A DNA stretch of 64,000 nucleotides from a virus. Positions 58,401-64,000 of the stretch are shown here, piece after piece. The notes below the pieces were generated by a model. That model was not told the DNA's origin, did not search any database, and worked only from the letters and a program-made list of their open reading frames with translations. The DNA lies in the IMG/VR virus record IMGVR_UViG_3300047157_000098, positions 5,640 to 69,639 of that record; one strand, given 5' to 3'. Position numbers and translations under genes: made by a program. Numbering within the stretch: position 1 is the first letter of the stretch; the number at the start of each line of letters is the position of its first letter.

Positions 58401-60341
58401 AGCTAGTAACTCGTTGTTTTCTTTAACCAAGTTTGTTAGCTCTTCTTCGTAGTGACTTCTGTTTTTGCCATCTAAAGGTTTTGATAAAAGCTCATTAATT
58501 TCTTTTATCCTTTGAGCATTTTTACCTATTGTAGCTTTTGTAGCACCATGCTGAAAACCTGTTAAAATATTTATACCTAAGCCAGGTGTTTTATATACAA
58601 CTCCCGACATCCAAACACCACTAACAAAAGACTCTTTTAAACCTTCAGACCAGTGAACATCTTTACCTAAAACATACTTATCAGCTATGTTTTCTGAAAA
58701 TTGAGAAACCATTTCAGTAAAACCTTCTTCAATAGGATCGTATACTAACTGACCTAAACCCTTTTGTGTAGTTAAATTTCTAGTTAACCAAGCTTTAAAA
58801 CCTGTTTGTATTTTGTCTTGTACACCTAAAGCGTTTTTATACTTACTTAGTTGACCTAGCGATATTTTTTCACTAAGAGCCTCTGCTAAACCCGTAACGG
58901 TTGCTACCGTGTACATTTGTAAAGGTGAGTATTTAGCACCGTAAAGATCTATTTCTTTTTGCATAGACCTAAACTTCCCACCTGCTGACGTTACACCTAG
59001 TATTGGTAAAGCGTAAGGTCCTGTTGTTAACATTATAGCGGTGTTAGGTAACTGGCTGGCTGTTGTAAAAGAAGCCCATTCTCCAAAATCTTCCCAAGAT
59101 TGTATATCGCTAAGCTCTTGCGGTTTTTCTAAACCATTTCTAACTTGATCTAGAAAACCATCAGCTTTACCGATAACATTCTTTCTCATTTCATCTTTGT
59201 ACTCAGCGTATCGTACTACTGGTTTTAAGAAATCCGGAAGCCCATCATCTAAACTAGAGTCTATAGCTTGTATTAACCTAGCTGGGTCTGTAAATTTTCT
59301 AATATATCTGTACTCAGCTTCCTCAAGATTTAAACCTATTTCAGAAAGAGCTATAGCTGTTTGCCCAACAACATTTGTTCCCCATTGATAATTTCTATCT
59401 ACAATATCTAGATATTTAGTAAGCTCTTCGTTACTATCTCCAATATCTTCTTGTTGGCTCTGTATGTTTAATATACTACCGATATGCTTCTCACCTTCTT
59501 TCGCGAGTAAATCGTAAGCTTCTTTACCTTTGTTAAACTCCTCTTGAGTGGTGTAATCTTGATTTCTTATAGCCTCCAACCTAGCAGCAATGTCTTCTAG
59601 CGACTTGGTATGGTATTTAAACCTAATTATATTGTTTTCAGTTTTTTTATTAAGACCAGATGTTATCTCTTCAAGTTCATCCGCTTTAGCGTTTTGATTA
59701 GATCCTTTCATAAACCAGGTCCAATCTAAGTCTTCAACAGATTCTTCTACATTTCTTTCCCAGCTAGAGTTTCTAAGATCTTCTCTATATAAATCTGTAG
59801 CTACTTCATTTGCGTTAGCAAGGTCGTCTTGAGACAACTCCTCTACTTTAACATCCTTTTCTTTTGCTATCTTTTTTTTGGCCTCAGGTATGTATTTTTC
59901 TTGAGCATCTAAATAGCTTTGCTCTTCGTTACTAATAATTGAGTTTTCTTCTTCGTCATCAAAATACTCTACAGCGTTTATAACTTTATCAACAACCCAT
60001 TTACCAGCTCCGCTATCCCAAAACCAACTAGTGGGTGAACCAGGGGTGCTTGTTAAAGCTGTCTGAACAGTTTTAGATGCAAGCTTTTGAGAAATCTTTC
60101 CATCTTGAACTTTATAGTTAACCATCTCGCTAGCTTTCCTATCATTGTTTTCAGTTTGAAGATCTGTTTCGTCGTGAGAGTTTGATTCTGTGACTAGTTC
60201 GTCTATTCTACGAGAAGTTTCTGAAGACAACTCCTCAGAGCTATAAGGAACAGCTTGAGGATATTTTTGTAGAAATAAATCTTGTTTAGCGGGGTTTATA
60301 CTGTGTACTTTGCCGTCAACAATGAACTTTAGTTTATCCAT
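52455..60341 (-). CDS. giant multidomain virion (ejection/polyvalent) protein: zincin + sigma-like + HAD domains
   Basis: 2628 aa; AHEFLH (about aa 819), sigma region-2-like segment (aa 998-1074), HAD FDFDDT..TAR..K..ADD (aa 1754-1940), helical C-terminal domain. Confidence 0.75.
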   Translation of the reverse strand: MDKLKFIVDGKVHSINPAKQDLFLQKYPQAVPYSSEELSSETSRRIDELVTESNSHDETDLQTENNDRKASEMVNYKVQDGKISQKLASKTVQTALTSTPGSPTSWFWDSGAGKWVVDKVINAVEYFDDEEENSIISNEEQSYLDAQEKYIPEAKKKIAKEKDVKVEELSQDDLANANEVATDLYREDLRNSSWERNVEESVEDLDWTWFMKGSNQNAKADELEEITSGLNKKTENNIIRFKYHTKSLEDIAARLEAIRNQDYTTQEEFNKGKEAYDLLAKEGEKHIGSILNIQSQQEDIGDSNEELTKYLDIVDRNYQWGTNVVGQTAIALSEIGLNLEEAEYRYIRKFTDPARLIQAIDSSLDDGLPDFLKPVVRYAEYKDEMRKNVIGKADGFLDQVRNGLEKPQELSDIQSWEDFGEWASFTTASQLPNTAIMLTTGPYALPILGVTSAGGKFRSMQKEIDLYGAKYSPLQMYTVATVTGLAEALSEKISLGQLSKYKNALGVQDKIQTGFKAWLTRNLTTQKGLGQLVYDPIEEGFTEMVSQFSENIADKYVLGKDVHWSEGLKESFVSGVWMSGVVYKTPGLGINILTGFQHGATKATIGKNAQRIKEINELLSKPLDGKNRSHYEEELTNLVKENNELLARDIKRIDEMLPEEKEALVEEARVRHNLVNQAEDIKNDDSLSKEEKKVELDKLKAKYQDSLSKKNEIVNPYIEKENAEKIDEQMEMLAKEATNMFGDDVSFQVENDTESILKRLKEMNDKLDDDNPNKKSLKELRTEAKQQGFAIQDPATGKQIIFINKDVAAKQGNVNIAAHEFLHAVLFEAVKFSPDTQKALGKSLMGYLNNIDAKQIQNSRFKKRIEQYQKLYKEGKYKEGDAAEEILTLFSDALATGDIKFNENIFTKIGDVIRKILQSTGVAVKFNNGRDVYNFIKDYNTGIAKGKLGKGISTVAAGKVKGKLIKAKTEVSETVKKESRAFEKSNEVQDLYNKSGKDAAFEITEAYRGMVNKIAGKYRDVPGYTTYKDDFIEQLLIDNRGVYGLVMKYNPDSGVPLAAYINKYLASRAIEIADSMFEKEFTSDVSEAKGVVAEETVVEETVEQPSLRKQLNIEEGSDLYNKIKRAVVKTFGTRLPAVTSKEFKKALQKAFRVELKTAMANLIGTRAIKEQFLRDNFEAIYAKLSQEIINKRFRQFAEPVLDKDGKQLREKTPQGNAIFAKRKIAKAEWLSYFIGSKVGASTKGTRKDALAEALAEELAFDATMDVVKDPDVQERRKAIDEILEREQADNYVEETAKQINRDPNTKFALSENDVDFDLTKQEMSEVSKLVREVQKKDLDSLIDEDGNMQDISKYGVKVPKVVRYLYDIGLINDAKAHGFVAGIKKQGRFEYTSALKAKTSSIKDLKAFSKDMLKLASVLGAAVINIPRFIEGLGYINRVLDPAKKKNDGSEGAFYKDFLKATSIKTESTLPEALVMEDVAPMNSGSGIMQEIKDIQKMDIKRDEKIKLFEETILPRLEKANIANLLLAEHIVSTVLDMYSSGKISESSMLHFFQLQTNAVNGLRALTRLDLIRFEDGVQFGMDSKPNVTKNGKYKTEKEARDAYVNSWKQTPGWSLVFKITKNSNPDATLQQIEDAAIKKLSEKGEHLSPNSNTMLKLASVDVKNLTKAETINQVSDILAEHIQWLDINYNLDIVDLAGKTNQSKKGRLKALPKNKKTDIYVVGGTNIDAYSNESQKTNEFRDKVAEKTLEVTKLSIADKAMDNARSMNQPDKGISVFDFDDTLAVTNSQIIVTMPNGKVMKINATEFAKRDAELTEKGASYDFSEFNKVIDGRKGPLFDLATKRQGKFGNKNIFVLTARPAEAANAIHKFLKGIGLNIPLNNITGLADGTAKAKADWILNKAAEGYNNFYFADDAYKNVKAVQEVLDTVDVKSDVQQAKFSIEDLDSEFNNIIEESEGVEAFKEYSQAAAQRIGQSKRSKWKYFLPPSAEDFIGLLYDFLSKGKKGEAQMEFFQKHLIKPFARGMAALNVAKQSISNDWLGLRKAFPQVRKLLGKKTEYKDFTYGQAIRVYLWSKFGMPIPGLSKQDQVELVKIVSSNKEMVAFADTLSRITKLEDGYISPSDSWLAGTIASDLNDISEKIGRKKFLKEFSENVDVVFSKKNLNKIEAIYGSNFREALEDMIYRMKNGTNRSFGKNRIVNRWMNWVNNSVGAIMFLNMRSAILQTLSAVNFVNWSDNNPIKAAIAFANQKQFWSDFAMIFNSDMLKQRRSGLQTDVNEAEIANAASGAKNKASAVLAYILKLGFTPTQIADSFAIAIGGASMYRNRVNTYLKNGLSKKEAEAKAFEDFAQVSEESQQSSRPDLISQQQAGPLGRVILAFQNTPMQYMRLTKKAMRDLVNGRGDFKTNVSKIIYYGAVQNFVFAALQNALFGMMFADEEEEEDLKLDKKKSRIVNSMSDTILRGSGLYGAAVSTIKNVIMKFIEQEKKGWNADHTYTVIEAVNLSPPIGSKLRKLYSAIQTYKFNKKIMFGPKGMGFDIDNPTYDAFGNIVSAVTNLPLDRAIKKVRNVRASLDERNSSWQRIATLLGWTTWDVGIENYDVEKAKDKADGVIRKKTLKKKTIKKKIIK

Positions 60342-60352
60342 TAAGTTTAATT

Positions 60353-61588
60353 TTATTGAAATTCGGGTTCTTCTACAACGTCTTCTTCTGGACTAGCACC
60401 AGGCCAATAGGCATTGTCTATACCAGCGTATCTGTATATATCAAATATTGAGTTTGGATCTTTAGGGTCTAAAGTTGCTTCAACCTGATATTTGTCACCA
60501 GCACTTTTCAAGATGTGTATTTGACCTTCGTCTGCTTGAATTTTGTACGATGCTGGCATATACCTGTTTAACATTGTAAAATCAGTTTCTGCCGTTACAT
60601 CTGCACTCCAGTGCGCGTTTAAAGACTTCATTTTACTTTCAGCTTTTTTATGAGCAACTGTTTTCTTTGAACCACTTCCACCACCTCCTGTGCTATTTTG
60701 TTTTGCAGCTGCACCATTTTGTGCTTGAGTGTTCATTACATTCATAAAGTGATCTACTATTTTCTTTTCAACAGCATCTCTCTGCATAGGGTCATTTAAT
60801 TCTTCATCAGTAATACCAGGTATACCGCCACGATTAAAGAAATCATCACGAGCTAAAGATTTTAAAGTAGCAATACCACCTTTTTCTATCATGTTGTATA
60901 AGTTGTTTTCATACATCATTCTAGTAGCAGAGTTTAAAGGTATACCAGCTTTATATATTTGATTAGACATTTTCATAATAGCATCACCACTAGCGTAGTC
61001 TTTATTAAAGTAATCAGGTAAGTCACCAAAATTAGTAACACCTTCTTCTGTTAAAAAACCTATATTACCATCCTCACCAATCTCTATATCTAATTCGTCT
61101 GTGTACACGCTTGTAAGTAGACTCATCTCGCTAGTGTTGTTACCTTTGCTATACAAGCCTTCTAACATACTTTCAGCAACTTCCTTTTTATTAGCGCCGA
61201 ACATGTCGAATTGATTCTTTAAGTTTTTAAAACTATTTTTTACAGAATTCATTTTAGATACAGCAGCAATATACTCATCACTACCTGACTCGTACTCACC
61301 AATATTCATAGCTTCATCAGCGTAAGCTTGTTTGCCAGCTGTTAAGAAAGAAGATATTTTATCTCTATATTTACCAGGTATTTGTGAAACGTCAAAATCA
61401 GCAGGTAGACTATTCATGTAGCTATCTATCTTAGCTTCATTGTTTCTGCGCTCCATTTTTGCTTCGTACTCCGCATTAGCTATAGCGTTTGGATCACGAC
61501 CTTGCATTAAACCTTGATTAAAAGCTTTACCGTGATCTTGAAACTGTTTATTAACTAACGCTGCGCCTTTTACTAATTGTGAATTCAT
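60353..61588 (-). CDS. putative internal virion/ejection protein
   Basis: 411 aa helical protein between pilot-like and giant protein genes. Confidence 0.55.
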   Translation of the reverse strand: MNSQLVKGAALVNKQFQDHGKAFNQGLMQGRDPNAIANAEYEAKMERRNNEAKIDSYMNSLPADFDVSQIPGKYRDKISSFLTAGKQAYADEAMNIGEYESGSDEYIAAVSKMNSVKNSFKNLKNQFDMFGANKKEVAESMLEGLYSKGNNTSEMSLLTSVYTDELDIEIGEDGNIGFLTEEGVTNFGDLPDYFNKDYASGDAIMKMSNQIYKAGIPLNSATRMMYENNLYNMIEKGGIATLKSLARDDFFNRGGIPGITDEELNDPMQRDAVEKKIVDHFMNVMNTQAQNGAAAKQNSTGGGGSGSKKTVAHKKAESKMKSLNAHWSADVTAETDFTMLNRYMPASYKIQADEGQIHILKSAGDKYQVEATLDPKDPNSIFDIYRYAGIDNAYWPGASPEEDVVEEPEFQ

Positions 61589-61599
61589 ATTTTATTATT

Positions 61600-62205
61600 T
61601 TAACCTTTACTAGCTATACCACCTATTACGTCTTCAGCAACACCTGCAGCTCCACCTATACCACTCATTATACTAGCTGTGGCTTGATCTCTAGCTGCGT
61701 TTGCGGCACCTAGCCTCTGTTGTGACATACCTAACATAGTTTCTGTTTTATCTTTTTCAGCAGCTCTAGCATTCTCAGCACCTTGTAATTCAGCTCTTTG
61801 ATTAGAACCAGCTTGTCTAGCTGCAGCCATTTGATTTCTTGATTCTTGAGCAGCAATATCAGCAGAGGCAGCTTGTGTATTTGATGTGGCTTGTTGAGCC
61901 ATAGCTTGAGCAAGTCCAGCGATACCAGATCCACCAGCAGCTTGGTTCATGCCACCCATTACGTTTGCTAAATTCTGTTCGTTCTTTTGATTAGCCATGT
62001 TGGAAGCTTGTTGATTGATTGTTAAGTCTTCCATAGTGTTTTCCATGTTAGCATACAGGTTAGACGTGTCTAAACCTTCGTAACGTTGTTTGTTCTTGTC
62101 AAACTCTTTTTGAGCTGCTGCTTGCTCTCTTTTTCTTTTACCGCTACCGATAATACCGGAAGCTATTGACGTTGCGGCTCCAACCGCTGCTCCTATTGGG
62201 ATCAT
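61600..62205 (-). CDS. putative ejection/pilot protein
   Basis: A/G/Q-rich with hydrophobic glycine-rich ends (GAAVGAATSIASGIIG). Confidence 0.6.
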   Translation of the reverse strand: MIPIGAAVGAATSIASGIIGSGKRKREQAAAQKEFDKNKQRYEGLDTSNLYANMENTMEDLTINQQASNMANQKNEQNLANVMGGMNQAAGGSGIAGLAQAMAQQATSNTQAASADIAAQESRNQMAAARQAGSNQRAELQGAENARAAEKDKTETMLGMSQQRLGAANAARDQATASIMSGIGGAAGVAEDVIGGIASKG

Positions 62206-62222
62206 ATTCTTTTATTTATTAT

Positions 62223-62250
62223 TATAATTACACTTTTTTATGTTTATTTA
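62223..62250 (-). promoter_or_regulatory. late-class promoter for the ejection-protein operon
   Basis: TAAA-N14-TGTAATTATA; ATG at 62205. Confidence 0.7.
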
Positions 62251-62591
62251 CTACTTTCTGAAAATTCAGAACCAATAGAGAACAGCTCCGCTCTATCCCT
62301 AGAATTATTCTTAATAGTTAAATCAGCATAGTAACCAACTAAACTACTCATGTTTGCTGAATTGTCTTTACTGAAAAATATAAAGTCCCAAGGACCAGGT
62401 CTATCAGTGTTGTCGTCTATATCACATGTTAAGACATATCTACTTGCTATGTTAGTTACCTTACCTATTTCGACTTTCGTACCACCAGTTAAAAAACCTC
62501 CGACAGTGCTTTGAGGGGTATAGTATACTGTGTCACCAATTTGAAGTGATTCGTTTAATTGAGCTGTAAATGTTAAAGTTATTTGTCCCAT
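62244..62591 (-). CDS. virion structural protein
   Basis: 115 aa; NESLQIGDTVYY..FIFFSKDN..GYYA..AELFSIGSE..ESSK. Confidence 0.6.
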   Translation of the reverse strand: MGQITLTFTAQLNESLQIGDTVYYTPQSTVGGFLTGGTKVEIGKVTNIASRYVLTCDIDDNTDRPGPWDFIFFSKDNSANMSSLVGYYADLTIKNNSRDRAELFSIGSEFSESSK

Positions 62592-62594
62592 ATT

Positions 62595-64000
62595 TTATTG
62601 TGATACGTTTGTATATTCTATACCCCACTCAAATGTGTAGCCACCACCACTTATCATTCCGTTACCACTATTGTGTGAGCTTGGTATGCTAACAGACAAA
62701 CTATTTATATTTATAGTACCTGTTTGGTTACTTTGACTAAATGATGAAGTACTTGTGTTAATAGTTGCCACGTTTGTGTTTAGTTGAGTACCACCGTACT
62801 TAAGCTTCCATCTTATAACTATGTCTCCAAAATGGTCTACATAACTAGGGAAACCAGTATGTGTGCTATCTAAATCCCAGCTTGTGAATATAGCGTTAAA
62901 ACTATTAGCACCAGCCGAAGCATTTGTGTACGCAGCAACACCCGTGAAAGCAGTACCACCTATTGGTGTTGGTGGTGTTGAATCTTCTTTATTGTCCCAA
63001 GTCCAAAGAGAGTTAAATGTTATACCTGTTGATCCTCCACCAGCTATAATCACACCTACACTTCTAGTTATACTATCCTCATAACCATCATTAACTTTAT
63101 ACGTAAAAGCATCTGCCCCTGTGTGTAAAGCTGATGTTGGAGTGTATACCGCTGCTCCTGTAGAAGCGTTGACCGTAGCTGCTCCTTTTGAACCTTGACT
63201 AACTATTGAATATGTTAGTGGATCATTATTGTGATCTGTACCTGTCAACGTTATATTTGTAGCGGTGTTGTTAGCTACGTTTACATTAGACTGAGCATAG
63301 GCTAACGGAGGCGTGTTAATTATATTATCTAGGTCGAGTGTCATTGTTTTATTTGTGGTTCCAAAATCAACATCACCCTTAACTCTTATAGACACTGTAG
63401 ATGTACCACTCCCTGTAGCGTTTAAACTTGCAGATAAATCATAACCGCTGTTACTAGTAGTTACTGAATTAGTAAAGTCGCTAAGGCTTTGGTTTGTGTT
63501 ATCATACCTAGGTTGTCTTCTTACAAAAACATTCCCACCAGCTGTTTTAGTAACATCAAACTGCCAATCAAAGCTTGTTACAGTTTCTTTAAGATCTTTA
63601 GTCTTATACTCAGGCATTGCCACTACAGCTACAGAACTAGGTGTTGTATATGAAAAGCCAGTTGTCGATGTTCTGTCTAGTATTAAAGTTATAGCTGCTC
63701 TTTGATGAATCGTAAAGTTAGGATTTGTATTTGGTATCTCGTCATAACTTATAGTTGTTGCTGGGTTTGATGATGCCGCGGCGATATTTAAGTTATAAGT
63801 TATATTAGTATAAGCACTACCCACATACGAAGATCCAAAAAGAAAGTTATGTGATTGATAACCTACAGATGGTATAACTTGATTAGTATAATTAGTTGGT
63901 TGAACAGCTATATGTGTTTGAGAAGATCCTATAGTTAAAGTATATGCAGCCCCTGGAACACCGTAAACTGCTACAACTTTATTACCACCTCTTTGAGGTA
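62595..64000 (-). CDS. Ig/cadherin-like-domain structural protein, 5' end outside window
   Basis: NTPPLA..ITLTGTD..DPLTYSIV..YTP..GADAFTYKVNDG domain; frame stays open from 63824 to the window end. Confidence 0.7.
   Translation of the reverse strand, partial: PQRGGNKVVAVYGVPGAAYTLTIGSSQTHIAVQPTNYTNQVIPSVGYQSHNFLFGSSYVGSAYTNITYNLNIAAASSNPATTISYDEIPNTNPNFTIHQRAAITLILDRTSTTGFSYTTPSSVAVVAMPEYKTKDLKETVTSFDWQFDVTKTAGGNVFVRRQPRYDNTNQSLSDFTNSVTTSNSGYDLSASLNATGSGTSTVSIRVKGDVDFGTTNKTMTLDLDNIINTPPLAYAQSNVNVANNTATNITLTGTDHNNDPLTYSIVSQGSKGAATVNASTGAAVYTPTSALHTGADAFTYKVNDGYEDSITRSVGVIIAGGGSTGITFNSLWTWDNKEDSTPPTPIGGTAFTGVAAYTNASAGANSFNAIFTSWDLDSTHTGFPSYVDHFGDIVIRWKLKYGGTQLNTNVATINTSTSSFSQSNQTGTININSLSVSIPSSHNSGNGMISGGGYTFEWGIEYTNVSQ

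Noticed and set aside
2791-63705. Many antisense or nested ORFs in the track (e.g. 5374..5832, 9540..10175, 21030..21530, 30858..31313, 49063..49515, 56053..56472)
   Set aside because: They are shadows of well-supported genes, with no motifs or leaders of their own
1-64000. Stop-codon reassignment as in some crAss-like phages
   Set aside because: Long genes are intact in the standard code, no suppressor tRNA is seen, and broken genes change frame rather than read through

Overview
This 64 kb window is most of an AT-rich tailed dsDNA phage genome, probably a podovirus of the crAss-related/Cellulophaga phi38:1-like type infecting Bacteroidota (inferred from the head/tail gene set, A-rich SD-less leaders and gene order; not database-confirmed). 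It has three blocks. (1) 1-32.56 kb, minus strand: late genes (tail/ring proteins, major capsid, scaffold, portal, terminase, giant modular tail fibres, holin, small basic virion proteins, GroEL/GroES). (2) 32.86-50.67 kb, plus strand: early/replication genes (many tiny ORFs, initiator-type tRNA-Met, two tRNA-like RNAs, ATP-dependent ligase, HTH/Rep-like protein, sigma-70-family factor, ERF/RecE-like/SSB, primase-helicase, a dCMP-hydroxymethylase-like TS homologue with NTP-pyrophosphatases, endonuclease I, class I RNR), with no recognisable DNA polymerase. (3) 50.7-64 kb, minus strand: endolysin, a 2628-aa virion polyprotein and ejection-type proteins. The main discovery is a possible two-sigma transcription cascade. 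Five early promoters (CTAAATACGA-N7-TGGATAATA) and four late promoters (TAAW-N14-TGTAATWATA) share a TAAA-N16-TAAT geometry unlike host promoters. The giant virion protein hides a sigma-70 region-2-like segment next to a zincin protease and a HAD phosphatase, separated by K-(F/L/E)-(S/A) linkers, which suggests an injected, proteolytically released sigma factor. Other notable signals: a duplicated 44-bp dyad linking a candidate origin to the HTH/Rep gene, an invariant GCAACTTTT DNA motif punctuating tail-fibre modules, (S/A/G)PxK-tagged virion peptides, and 5-nt-periodic leaders. All functional assignments are by eye, from motifs.
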